Sequence record: SRR20825019_616
Reading direction: 5' to 3' (one strand)
Length of the DNA stretch: 56,957 bases
Positions 28,848 through 38,765 of this stretch are shown piece by piece. Within the stretch, counting starts at the first letter, position 1. Each line of letters begins with the position of its first letter. The notes under the pieces are model-generated. The model had not been told where the DNA came from, searched no databases, and worked only from the letters and a program-made list of their open reading frames with translations. The position numbers were made by a program, and so were the translations under genes.

Positions 28848-30059
28848 TCAGGGGTGTTCCGTTGGTGTATCCGTCGAGCCGTTGCCATTGTGAGCTTCAA
28901 GCGCCGTGACCACCGGGTTGGCGTACATATCCAGCAGGTAGGGCCGAATCGCCGGGTCGCAGGCATCGAGCCGACGCTCCATCTCCGCTTCGGCGGCTTC
29001 TATTTCCGCCGCTGACCAGGCCTCTGCCGTCACCACCGCATCGCTTACAGAGTCCCTGCTGGCGTGCGAATCAGGATGAATGCCTCTTTGCTGGTAGGCC
29101 ACCAGGTTGGACGTGTGCAAGTGATAATTGGCATGCATCTCCCGATCGATCCGGGCAGCCAGTTCCTTAGGCGTGTTTTCGGCATCCGCGATGGGTGCCC
29201 CAAAATGCACGTGCACGTGGCCCTTGAACCCCGTGAGCCCGCGCATTATCTGGTTAGTATCCTCGCCTTCGGCCTTAATGTACTTGCCCGTGCGGGAGCG
29301 GGTTTCGAGCTCTCGGGCCTTGTCCATATCGCAGGGATCATACTCGTAGGCAATGGACACCGGCACGATGTGCAGCCGGTTCATGGCTTCGCCGAAATCC
29401 AACCCACTTTTCTTCTGGCTCATGTAGAACATTTTAATAATGGCGGGATCGGTGAAATCCAGCCCGTCTTTGGCACGCCCTTCACGCTGCGCAATCCAGA
29501 TGCTCTCGTTGTTGTCGATACTGTGATTGATAAACGCCGAAAGCATGATGTAGGCATCCCGCATTTCGCGTGGGCTGGTCATACTGCGACGTACCACAAA
29601 GCTTTTGTTCAGCCGCATCATTTCGGCAAATACGCGGTTCGCCAGCAGGTTGTCGCCAATGGCAATACGTGTGGTATTGAAGCCGTTCGCGAACAGCAGG
29701 TAATTGACCACCATCGGGTCGAACACGATGTCGCGGTGGTTGGAGATGAACAGGTGGGCGGTCTTCTTGTCCAGGTTTTCCAGGCCGCTATGGGTTACCC
29801 GTGTGGTGGTGTGGTCGACCAGTTCGCCAACGTAACCTGACAATCGGGCCTGGAGGTCGTCGATACGGGTAAGTCCGCCAAAGTTCCTGGCCAGCCAGCG
29901 CTTGACCCATACCCGGAGCATTCCCGGCGCCCATTTGGCCAGTGTGGGCGATTTGAAGCGGCCAATCATATCCAGAAATTCCGGATCCCGTACCAGATTG
30001 TTGATGGCGGTTCCGGTTTCCTCGTCCGAGTAAGGTCGGATGGCGTCAAATTCCTGCAT
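28848..30059 (-). CDS. Glycerolipid acyltransferase (PlsC-like)
   Basis: FISNHRDIVFD (NHx4D), IAIGDNL, WIAQREGRAKDG. Confidence 0.88.
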   Translation of the reverse strand: MQEFDAIRPYSDEETGTAINNLVRDPEFLDMIGRFKSPTLAKWAPGMLRVWVKRWLARNFGGLTRIDDLQARLSGYVGELVDHTTTRVTHSGLENLDKKTAHLFISNHRDIVFDPMVVNYLLFANGFNTTRIAIGDNLLANRVFAEMMRLNKSFVVRRSMTSPREMRDAYIMLSAFINHSIDNNESIWIAQREGRAKDGLDFTDPAIIKMFYMSQKKSGLDFGEAMNRLHIVPVSIAYEYDPCDMDKARELETRSRTGKYIKAEGEDTNQIMRGLTGFKGHVHVHFGAPIADAENTPKELAARIDREMHANYHLHTSNLVAYQQRGIHPDSHASRDSVSDAVVTAEAWSAAEIEAAEAEMERRLDACDPAIRPYLLDMYANPVVTALEAHNGNGSTDTPTEHP

Positions 30060-30210
30060 GGAGTTCCTGTTTGTTGGGTGCAGAAAAAAGGCGCATTGTA
30101 GCGTTTATAAGGTTTGTTTGTCTCCGCCGATTCCGTGACCGCTTTCTGGTATCATGGCCTGCCTGCCAGAATGGCACCCTTTACCCTCAACCAACACCGC
30201 TGGCCAAGTC

Positions 30211-32067
30211 ATGGATTTTGCACAACTCAGCACAGAGCGCCCCCGTGTTAACGACCAGGACCCGGAAGAAGTCCTTCATCGTGTTTTCGGTTACGAGACC
30301 TTCCGGCCCTTGCAGGGCGACATTATCCGCGAGCTGGTTAACGGTGGCGATGCGTTGGTACTGATGCCCACCGGTGGTGGTAAATCCCTCTGTTATCAGG
30401 TTCCAGCCCTGGTTCGCGCCGGAACAGCTGTCGTCATATCACCGCTGATTGCACTGATGCAGGATCAGGTGGCGGCGCTGAAAGAACTGGGCGTTAGGGC
30501 CGCGTTCCTGAACTCCACCATGGATTTCGAACAGGCCCGGGACACTGAAAACGCCCTTATGACCGGCGAACTCGACCTGCTTTACTGCGCGCCGGAACGG
30601 CTGATCCAGCCTCGCACACTGGACCTGTTACATGATGCTTCTATTTCCCTGTTTGCCATCGACGAAGCCCACTGCGTGTCCCAGTGGGGCCACGATTTCC
30701 GCTCCGACTACCTGGAGCTAAGCCGGCTGGCCCATGAATTCCCGGGCGTACCCCGCATAGCCCTCACCGCCACCGCGGACGAGCGCACCCGCAAGGAGAT
30801 CGCTGAACGGCTGTCCCTGACCGAAGCCCGACACTTTATCAGTGGTTTTGATCGCCCGAATATTCAGTACAGAATTGCTCCGAAAACCAATGCAAACAAA
30901 CAACTACTGGATTTTATTAAAGCGGAACATGATGGCGACTGCGGCATCGTTTATTGCCTGTCCCGCAACAAAGTCGACAGCACCGCGAAGCTGCTCAGTG
31001 ACAAAGGCTACACCGCTCTGCCCTACCATGCGGGCCTCAATGCCGGTGATCGCGCGCGGAATCAGGAGCGCTTCCTACGCGAGGACGGCGTCATCATCGT
31101 GGCCACCATTGCTTTTGGCATGGGCATCGATAAACCCGATGTTCGATTTGTCGCCCACCTGGACCTTCCAAAAAGCCTGGAAGCCTACTATCAGGAAACC
31201 GGCCGAGCCGGTCGTGATGGAAAGCCTTCGACCGCCTGGATGGTTTACGGCCTGCAGGACGTGATCAAACTGCGACAGATGCTCGAAGGCTCCATGGGCA
31301 ATGACCACTTCAAACGGGTTGAGCGCCAGAAACTGGATGCCATGCTAGGCCTGTGCGAAGTGACAAGTTGCCGGAGGCAGGTGTTGCTGCGGTATTTCGG
31401 CGACACCCTTGAACAACCCTGTGGCAACTGTGACACCTGCCTGACTCCACCGGAAACCTGGGACGGCAAGATTGCTGTTCAGAAGGCGCTCTCCTGCGTG
31501 TTCAGAACCGGCCAACGTTTCGGGGTTACGTATTTGATTGATGTGTTACGCGGCTCTGAGAACGAACGTATCCTGCAGTCCGGCCATCAAACGGTTTCCA
31601 CCTACGGAATTGGTACCGAGTTGTCTGCAAACGACTGGAAGTCCGTATTCCGTCAACTGGTGGCCAACGGTTACCTCAGGGCTGACCCGGAAGGCTACGG
31701 AGCGTTGCAGCTTACGGAGCAATGCCGCCCACTACTTAAGGGCGAGGTAGCTATCCAGTTACGCAAGGATCCGGTAGTGAAGGCCTCCAGTAGCCGTGGG
31801 TCATCAGGGTCCGGCCGCCGCAGGATTGCAGACCAGATCACTGACAAACCCGGCTGGGAAGCCCTGCGGGCCTGCCGAAAATCGCTGGCGGATGAGAAGG
31901 GCGTGCCGCCCTACGTGATTTTCCACGATGCCACGCTGTTTGAAATTCTGGACAAGAAACCGAACAGCCTTGCCGAAATGGCTGAGATAAACGGCGTGGG
32001 TGCGGCAAAGCTCGAAAAATACGGGGAAACTTTCCTCGCCGCCCTACGGGAGTTGGACGGCGCTTGA
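30211..32067 (+). CDS. recQ: DNA helicase RecQ
   Basis: [32 protein letters not shown], Zn-binding cysteines, RQC and HRDC domains; start may be 30154. Confidence 0.96.
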   Translation: MDFAQLSTERPRVNDQDPEEVLHRVFGYETFRPLQGDIIRELVNGGDALVLMPTGGGKSLCYQVPALVRAGTAVVISPLIALMQDQVAALKELGVRAAFLNSTMDFEQARDTENALMTGELDLLYCAPERLIQPRTLDLLHDASISLFAIDEAHCVSQWGHDFRSDYLELSRLAHEFPGVPRIALTATADERTRKEIAERLSLTEARHFISGFDRPNIQYRIAPKTNANKQLLDFIKAEHDGDCGIVYCLSRNKVDSTAKLLSDKGYTALPYHAGLNAGDRARNQERFLREDGVIIVATIAFGMGIDKPDVRFVAHLDLPKSLEAYYQETGRAGRDGKPSTAWMVYGLQDVIKLRQMLEGSMGNDHFKRVERQKLDAMLGLCEVTSCRRQVLLRYFGDTLEQPCGNCDTCLTPPETWDGKIAVQKALSCVFRTGQRFGVTYLIDVLRGSENERILQSGHQTVSTYGIGTELSANDWKSVFRQLVANGYLRADPEGYGALQLTEQCRPLLKGEVAIQLRKDPVVKASSSRGSSGSGRRRIADQITDKPGWEALRACRKSLADEKGVPPYVIFHDATLFEILDKKPNSLAEMAEINGVGAAKLEKYGETFLAALRELDGA

Positions 32068-32079
32068 ATCTACCTCAGT

Positions 32080-32631
32080 TCACTGCGCCTGGAAGCCTTT
32101 CTTGCGAACACGATAGTGGGCCATCGAAGTGGCCACATGATGGCCGTCACTGTCGTACAGTGTGCCTTCTAACTCAAACGCGGCCCTGCCCGTAGCATCG
32201 GCCTCGGCCTTGATGGCTTCAACCGTGGCGGCGTCCAGTGAAAACTCCACAAACACATCGGAATTCGCCGGCTGCAGGAACTGAAGCGTCATTTCCTTGA
32301 GAATCGGCGTGTAAGCCGGGCCGAGATCAAACAGCGTCAACACGCCACCGGGGATCTCCGCCACCAGGAAATAGGCACCGGCGTAGAGGCTGCCAAAGTG
32401 GTTCTTATTGCCTTTCAGGCGTATTCTTGCCTTAACGAACCCCGGGCGAATCTCCTCGACACTGAATCGATTCCGTGGTGCAAACGGGATTGATAGGCCA
32501 ATAATTCGGTTGACGGCCGCATAACCACTGGTTTTACGGAGCCAGGCCAGCGGTTGGGTGATTCGCGCACCAGGATTCGATTCAGACACCCAATGGCCGG
32601 TTGCACCTATCAGATTGTCGATGAACGCCAT
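32080..32631 (-). CDS. PaaI/DUF4442 hotdog-fold thioesterase
   Basis: NKNHFGSLYAGA motif. Confidence 0.82.
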   Translation of the reverse strand: MAFIDNLIGATGHWVSESNPGARITQPLAWLRKTSGYAAVNRIIGLSIPFAPRNRFSVEEIRPGFVKARIRLKGNKNHFGSLYAGAYFLVAEIPGGVLTLFDLGPAYTPILKEMTLQFLQPANSDVFVEFSLDAATVEAIKAEADATGRAAFELEGTLYDSDGHHVATSMAHYRVRKKGFQAQ

Positions 32632-32808
32632 GTTTTCTTACCTGTTGGTGATTTAACGCCCATGATTGCAGCCGTTTAAAAGGTATCGCAACTGTTTTCG
32701 GGATTTTTTACGGTTATCCCTTTCCGGAAAGAAAAATTCACCTAAACTGCTTGGATATCAAAACGGGCGATAACAAGAAACTCGAATGGACGCGGGAGTA
32801 AGTCTTCA

Positions 32809-33759
32809 ATGAAAGTGAGGCGTGCGCGTGGCTGGCTGACGGCCCTGGCATTGTTTCTGGTTTGCCCGGGAATCGGTGTGTCTTCGGAATATCTGTCTGG
32901 AGAAACACAGGCAAGGGAATATCGCCTGTGGTACCGCAATTACGACAGCCCACCCATACGTGCCCTGGTTGCCCTCGCCTTCGACAAGACACCGGAATAC
33001 GGTTCGTATCGAATCACTCGCACCCCGGAGATGGCCCAAGGCCGGGTTGTCCGCGAACTTGAGCGCCAGCAATCAAAATTGGTCGATCTCGCGAATGTCG
33101 CGACATCAAAACAGAGGGAAGAAAGCCTGCAGGCCATCCCCATACCTATCGATGGCGGACTTTTGGGGCTTCGGGTGTGCGTGGTGCTTAAAGAATCCTT
33201 GCCCAGATTCAAAGGCATCCGAAGCCTTGGCAATCTTGAGGAAGTCGGTATCCGCATCGGCCAGGGCGCACACTGGCCGGATTCGTCGATTCTTCAGGCC
33301 AACGGAGTCAGCGTGGTGACTCACTCGCGGTACGAAATTCTTTTCCGCATGCTGGAGAATCATCGTTTTGAATGCTTCGCCCGGGGAGTCAACGAGGTTC
33401 TTTTCGATCTGGAGCTTGAAAACAACGAAGATTTCGCCATCGAGCCGGACCTGCTGCTGGCCTATCCGATGCCCTCTTACTTCTTCGTCAACCGGCACGA
33501 CCACGAAACGGCACATCGGCTTCAATTGGGCATGGAAAGGGCCATTTTCGATGGCAGCTTTGGCGCGTACCTCAACCAATACTACGGCCAGTCCATCGAC
33601 GAGCTAAACCTGCACAGCCGGAACGTCCTTGTTCTGGAAAATCCCTATCTGACGGACGAGTCCCGGGCCATCGGCACCAGAACCCTCCTCGAACTCCGAC
33701 GGCGAATCCAGATACTATCCGCGCCCCAGAAAACGTCTTACTCAAACCCTGAATCGTGA
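32809..33759 (+). CDS. Periplasmic substrate-binding-like protein
   Basis: [48 protein letters not shown]. Confidence 0.78.
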   Translation: MKVRRARGWLTALALFLVCPGIGVSSEYLSGETQAREYRLWYRNYDSPPIRALVALAFDKTPEYGSYRITRTPEMAQGRVVRELERQQSKLVDLANVATSKQREESLQAIPIPIDGGLLGLRVCVVLKESLPRFKGIRSLGNLEEVGIRIGQGAHWPDSSILQANGVSVVTHSRYEILFRMLENHRFECFARGVNEVLFDLELENNEDFAIEPDLLLAYPMPSYFFVNRHDHETAHRLQLGMERAIFDGSFGAYLNQYYGQSIDELNLHSRNVLVLENPYLTDESRAIGTRTLLELRRRIQILSAPQKTSYSNPES

Positions 33760-35628
33760 CACGTTCTTACTAAGCGTGTGGCCGACCGATTCAATCTGAC
33801 CGCTATAGACGTCGTTCTCGCTGGCAGCCTTGGCGGCTTCCTGGCCCTGGTCGGCAATCCGGGTGATGGAGGAGTTCAGCTCCTCTGTCACCGAGGTTTG
33901 CTCTTCAGAGGCCGTTGCGATCTGGGAGGTCATCTGGCTGATCGACGTTATGGCATCAGCAATACGGTTGAGGGACTCCATGGCATCCTGAGCTTTCTCC
34001 ATGCTCACATTCGAGACCGCTGTTGATGCCTTCATGACGTCCACAGCCTGGGTTGCACCGCTTTGCAGGCGCTCAATCATGTTGTTGATTTCTTCCGTGC
34101 TGTCCTGGGTGCGACGGGCCAGATTGCGCACTTCGTCAGCAACAACCGCAAAGCCACGGCCCGCGTCCCCTGCCCTTGCGGCCTCGATCGCCGCGTTCAG
34201 TGCCAGCAGGTTGGTCTGTTCAGCAATCCCCTGAATTACCTCGAGAACCGAGGTAATGTCGGTAACGTCCTTGCCGAGTTTATCGATGACTTCCGCAGCG
34301 GCGTTAATCTCTTTTGACAATTTCTGTACTGCATCCCGGGAAGCGGCAACGGTTTCAAGGGAAGCACGGCTGTCTGCATCGGCGGTGTTGGAGGCATCCG
34401 CGGTCTGTTGGGCATTCTGTGCAATTTCCCCGGCAGCGGCAGACATCTCATTGATGGCCGTGGCCACCATATCAATCTCGGCCTGCTGTTTTTCAACGCT
34501 GTCTCGGCTGGTGCTGGCGGTACCCCGCAGGGAGGACACGTTTTCGCCAAGCTCGGCGGTGCCTTGCTGGACGTCCCGGACCACATTCTGGATATTCTCA
34601 ACAAAGCTGTTGAACTCCGCCGCGAGCTTGCCGAACTCGTCGTTGGCGCTATCGTCCAGGCGCTTGGTGAGGTCCGCCTCGCCACTGGCGATTGACGCCA
34701 TGGCGGCATTAAGCTTACGAACGGGAGCCATCAGCACGCGGATACCAAAACGCAGGATCACCAGGGACACCAACAAGCCAATTACTGCGATGATCAGCCC
34801 GGTTACGCGAGCGGCGTGGACCGGCGCATTGATTTTGTCCTCGTTGATAAAAGTGCCGAGATACCACTCAACACCACGGGCACCTTTGATGCGATGGAAA
34901 CCGGCAGTCCAACTGGCATCTCCGGTGTCATATTCGTGAATTTCACCGCTGAGCCGAGGGGATTCTCCCAAAAGATTACTGATCTTCTTGCCAACCAGTT
35001 TCTGGTCCGGGTGAAACAACACGGTGCCGTCGTCACTGATCAGGGCCGCATAGCCAGTGTTGGCCAGCGTAATCGTGGAGAGCGTCTGTTCTATGGTCTT
35101 CAGGGCAATATCACCACCGACAACACCCTGGTAGGCCCCACGTTTGACCGGTGCCAGCGTGGAAATGATGGTGCCTCCAGTGCCCGCGTCCACGTAGGGT
35201 TCGGTGAACGACGCTGAGCCCTTTTGTTTCGCCTGTTTGAACCAGGGCCGCGTGCGTGGGTCGAAATCCGCAGGCAGCGTGGCTTCTGAGGCATCGTCCT
35301 TCATCAGCATATAGCCATCATCACGGCCAACATAGACGTCAATGAACCCGCCACCGGTTGTCGCAGCGGCCAGGATAACCCTCGCCTCGGCATCGGTTTC
35401 CACCGACTCCAGCGCTTTTGCCGTTGCTTCGGTCATGGCAAGACGGGTGTTGAGCCAATCCGCAATGCTGGACGTACTCTGCGCCACGGTGTCTTCAATC
35501 AGTGCATCAACATAGGTATCCGTAGTCTCCTGTAACCGGAGGTTGCCGCTGAGCGTAAACGCCCCCATAACAAGTAAAAGCAAAATACCAAAGGCGACGA
35601 GCAACTTCTGGCCGAAACTCAGGTTCAT
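33742..35628 (-). CDS. Methyl-accepting chemotaxis protein (dCache sensor)
   Basis: [16 protein letters not shown] dCache motif, [21 protein letters not shown]. Confidence 0.95.
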   Translation of the reverse strand: MNLSFGQKLLVAFGILLLLVMGAFTLSGNLRLQETTDTYVDALIEDTVAQSTSSIADWLNTRLAMTEATAKALESVETDAEARVILAAATTGGGFIDVYVGRDDGYMLMKDDASEATLPADFDPRTRPWFKQAKQKGSASFTEPYVDAGTGGTIISTLAPVKRGAYQGVVGGDIALKTIEQTLSTITLANTGYAALISDDGTVLFHPDQKLVGKKISNLLGESPRLSGEIHEYDTGDASWTAGFHRIKGARGVEWYLGTFINEDKINAPVHAARVTGLIIAVIGLLVSLVILRFGIRVLMAPVRKLNAAMASIASGEADLTKRLDDSANDEFGKLAAEFNSFVENIQNVVRDVQQGTAELGENVSSLRGTASTSRDSVEKQQAEIDMVATAINEMSAAAGEIAQNAQQTADASNTADADSRASLETVAASRDAVQKLSKEINAAAEVIDKLGKDVTDITSVLEVIQGIAEQTNLLALNAAIEAARAGDAGRGFAVVADEVRNLARRTQDSTEEINNMIERLQSGATQAVDVMKASTAVSNVSMEKAQDAMESLNRIADAITSISQMTSQIATASEEQTSVTEELNSSITRIADQGQEAAKAASENDVYSGQIESVGHTLSKNVSRFRV

Positions 35629-35706
35629 TTTCCGGGTCCTTTTCGAGACAGTCTATTCGGGGGGTCAGTCAAACAGCCTATCGGCTGTCTATCATTCATA
35701 AACTGG

Positions 35707-35733
35707 TTTTCGGCGTGTGCTGCAAAGTCTTTA
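35707..35733 (-). promoter_or_regulatory. sigma28 (FliA) promoter of the MCP gene
   Basis: Minus strand TAAA-N15-GCCGAAAA (consensus TAAA-N15-GCCGATAA), about 80 bp upstream of the MCP. Confidence 0.75.
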
Positions 35734-35796
35734 ACTTTATGTGATAAGAAGTCTTTAGCTTTAGGTGATAAGAAGTCTTTAGCGCTCTCTGATAAA
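35725..35796. repeat. Three tandem 24-bp imperfect repeats
   Basis: AAGTCTTTAACTTTATGTGATAAG / AAGTCTTTAGCTTTAGGTGATAAG / AAGTCTTTAGCGCTCTCTGATAAA. Confidence 0.9.
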
Positions 35797-35855
35797 ATAC
35801 CGAAGCAATCGACAATTCTTGCCGTCATTTCCACACCCAACGGGAGCTGCCGTAT

Positions 35856-37403
35856 ATGGCCCACGAAGAACTGCACCTCAACCTTCGTAACCTGACCAGT
35901 GATGATTACCCACAGCTCCAGCGACTGATGGACAGGGTCTACGACGATATTGGCGGTGCCTGGCCAGAGGACACGATCGAAGCTCTGGTGCAACAGTTTC
36001 CGGATGGTCAGATCTGTATCGAAGAGTCCGGTGACCTGGTGGCCGTAGCCCTCACGGTGTGCGTCAAGTATGAGCGATTCAGCAATCCGCACACCTACGA
36101 CGACCTGATCCTGCGCAATGAAAAGATCTGGCACAACGCCAAAGGCGACTCGCTTTACGGCCTCGATGTGTTTATCCACCCGGATTATCGCGGCTACCGC
36201 CTTGGCCGGCGGCTTTATGAAGCTCGCAAAGAACTCTGCCGATCCATGAACCTGCGCGCCATCCTGGCGGGTGGCCGCATCCCCGGATATCACAAGTATT
36301 CAGACCAGCACTCTCCGGAAGAATACATCCAGCGTGTGGATCGCAAGGACATCTACGACCCGATCCTCAGCTTTCAGCTGTCCAACGACTTCCAGGTCAC
36401 CCGGCTGATGCACAAGTACCTGCCGGAAGACGAGAAATCCCTGGGCTACGCCACTCTGCTGGAATGGCGGAACATCCTCTATACACCGCCGTCGCCGGTG
36501 CTTAACGTCAAGAAGACTCAAGTACGCCTGGGTGCCGTTCAGTGGCAAATGCGTGAATTTACCTCTGTTGAGGAAGTGCTGGAACAGGTGGAGTACTTCG
36601 TGGATGCGCTCTCGGATTACAAGAGCGATTTCGCCCTGTTTCCAGAATTTTTCAACGCACCGCTGATGGGCCTGACGGACCAGGTGGACCAGACACGAGC
36701 CATTCGCTTTCTGGCAGGCTTTACCGAGCAATTCCGCAATCAGATGTCGGAAATGGCGGTCAGTTACAACATCAACATCATTACCGGCTCGATGCCCCTG
36801 CTCGAAAATGATCGGGTCTACAACGTGTCCTATCTGTGCCACCGCGACGGCCGCGTCGACGAGCAGCGCAAGATTCATATCACGCCCCACGAACGCCGTG
36901 ACTGGGTCATCGAAGGCGGTGAGAAGTTCCAGGTGTTCGACACCGACGCCGGCCGCGTGGCCATCATGATCTGTTACGACATCGAGTTCCCGGAACTGGG
37001 GCGCCTGGCGGCCATCGAAGAGGTGGATATTATTATGGTGCCCTTCTGGACGGACACCAAGAACGGATACCTTCGGGTGCGGCACTGTGCGCAGGCACGG
37101 GCGATTGAAAACGAGTGCTATGTCGTGATCACCGGTAGTGTGGGCAACCTTCCCAAGGTTGAGAACCTGGACGTGCAGTACGCCCAGTCTTCCGTATTCT
37201 CACCGTCGGACTTTGCGTTCCCCCACGATGCGGTGATGGCGGAAACCACACCGAATACGGAAATGATCATGTTTTCAGATATGGATCTGGAAAAGCTGAA
37301 GCTGGTGCGCAATGAAGGCTCGGTGACCAACCTGAAAGACCGGCGCACGGATATTTACGAGCTCAACACGCTACAAACGGGCCAAAATGATAAAAACAGT
37401 TGA
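35856..37403 (+). CDS. Bifunctional GNAT acetyltransferase / carbon-nitrogen hydrolase
   Basis: VFIHPDYRGYRLGRRL GNAT motif; FPEFF, QRKIH, ICYDIEFPE nitrilase Glu-Lys-Cys triad. Confidence 0.92.
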   Translation: MAHEELHLNLRNLTSDDYPQLQRLMDRVYDDIGGAWPEDTIEALVQQFPDGQICIEESGDLVAVALTVCVKYERFSNPHTYDDLILRNEKIWHNAKGDSLYGLDVFIHPDYRGYRLGRRLYEARKELCRSMNLRAILAGGRIPGYHKYSDQHSPEEYIQRVDRKDIYDPILSFQLSNDFQVTRLMHKYLPEDEKSLGYATLLEWRNILYTPPSPVLNVKKTQVRLGAVQWQMREFTSVEEVLEQVEYFVDALSDYKSDFALFPEFFNAPLMGLTDQVDQTRAIRFLAGFTEQFRNQMSEMAVSYNINIITGSMPLLENDRVYNVSYLCHRDGRVDEQRKIHITPHERRDWVIEGGEKFQVFDTDAGRVAIMICYDIEFPELGRLAAIEEVDIIMVPFWTDTKNGYLRVRHCAQARAIENECYVVITGSVGNLPKVENLDVQYAQSSVFSPSDFAFPHDAVMAETTPNTEMIMFSDMDLEKLKLVRNEGSVTNLKDRRTDIYELNTLQTGQNDKNS

Positions 37404-37548
37404 TGAACCGCCTGAGAGCTCTATCGTATGACACTGAACACGTTGCCAAACCAACAGAGTGTGGCTATTGTTTAACCATATACTTTCAGGAACACGCCCT
37501 CGGGGTGTCGTCCGGACCCCCTCGGGGTGCAAAAGAGATCACTTTTAG

Positions 37549-37947
37549 ATGAACGAAGCACTACCGGATCTTGTCGCACATTTTCACATCAAGCGTGGCC
37601 TCTTTCGCAGGGAGCGTGTACAGGCCGCGCTGTTCGAGCTGGATCACTTCGGATGTGTGATGAAGACGGACAAGATATTTAACCCCGGTGATACGGTTAT
37701 TCTGGATCTCGTGATGGAAATGCCGTTTGACGACATCAGGGCGGATGGAATTACCGGCCTGGTAACGGAACGCAGGAAACACTGTAGCAATTTCTTCTAT
37801 TCCGTTGATTTCGTAGAACTCAATGACAACTCCTCGTCTGCCCTGAGCGAAAAACTCAAGCGCATTCGTGAGGTGGTGCTCAAGAAGCAGACGCTAAAAT
37901 CCAGACGTTCCTCAGGGCCCGCCTCCAGCATTCGGCAACTGGCCTGA
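37549..37947 (+). CDS. Hypothetical protein (possibly degenerate PilZ-like)
   Basis: 132-aa ORF with a beta-rich pattern; no RxxxR motif. Confidence 0.6.
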   Translation: MNEALPDLVAHFHIKRGLFRRERVQAALFELDHFGCVMKTDKIFNPGDTVILDLVMEMPFDDIRADGITGLVTERRKHCSNFFYSVDFVELNDNSSSALSEKLKRIREVVLKKQTLKSRRSSGPASSIRQLA

Positions 37948-37994
37948 ACTCACCAACGCCCCACATCAACTTGCACTTCAAGGAGAAAGTCCTC

Positions 37995-38765
37995 ATGGCG
38001 AAGAAAGCCAACAAGCAAAGCGTTGATAAAGTCGTCAAGAAAGTGAACAAAGAGTTCGATAAAACGTCATCACAGATCGAAAAGCTGATCAACGACGCCC
38101 TCAAGCAGTTCGACAGCCTGCAGAACCAGATTCAGGAACCCGTCCGCAAACTGTTGAAGGAAGTGGATGAGCTTCGTGATCGTGAAATGAAACGTTTCAA
38201 CGAAGAATTTGAACGTCGCTTGGGTGAATTCCACGATTTGCAAAACAATATCCTGGACCGCCTTGGTATTGCCAGCAAGGAAGCCAGCGATGATGCGAAG
38301 AAGGTCGCAGGCCAGGCCGCCAAGAAGGCCAGCCCTGCTGCCAAAGGCAAGTCAGCTCCGAAAAAATCCACCGCCAGTAAGACAGCGGCCAAAAAACCGG
38401 TCGCCAAGAAGCCCGCCACACCAAAAGCGGCAACTGCAAAGAAAGCCGCCAAACCCAAGGCGAGCACCGCCGCCAAAAGTCCGGCCGCAGCCACTAAAGC
38501 CGCTCCCAAGAAAGCCGCCACGGCCGCGCGGAAGCCAGCGGCAAAGCCGGCTGCAGCAACACGCGCTCCAAAGCCGAAGGACAAGAGCGACCTGACCCAG
38601 GTTAAAGGTATTGGGCCGGCCACCGCCCGCAAAATGAAGGAAGCCGGTATCACCTCGGTTGATCAGATCGCCAATCCGTCTGACGCGGACAAAGAAAAGC
38701 TTCAGGCATTTTCAAGCGTGAAAGGCTTTAACACCTTCAGCGACGAAGCCAAGAAAGTTATTTAA
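37995..38765 (+). CDS. Coiled-coil + histone H1-like Lys/Ala-rich + helix-hairpin-helix protein
   Basis: AGGAG RBS; AAKKP repeats; DLTQVKGIGPATARKMKEAGI HhH motif. Confidence 0.8.
   Translation: MAKKANKQSVDKVVKKVNKEFDKTSSQIEKLINDALKQFDSLQNQIQEPVRKLLKEVDELRDREMKRFNEEFERRLGEFHDLQNNILDRLGIASKEASDDAKKVAGQAAKKASPAAKGKSAPKKSTASKTAAKKPVAKKPATPKAATAKKAAKPKASTAAKSPAAATKAAPKKAATAARKPAAKPAAATRAPKPKDKSDLTQVKGIGPATARKMKEAGITSVDQIANPSDADKEKLQAFSSVKGFNTFSDEAKKVI

Noticed and set aside
35725-35796. Possible CRISPR array
   Set aside because: The units are directly adjacent with no unique spacers, and there are no cas genes in the window.
35625-36293. 222-aa minus-strand ORF with KDFLS repeats
   Set aside because: Antisense shadow of the GNAT-nitrilase gene running through the promoter repeat; the peptide repeat is just the 24-bp DNA repeat.
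38300-38580. Low-complexity DNA repeat
   Set aside because: Explained by the Lys/Ala/Pro-rich coding tract of the histone-like protein.
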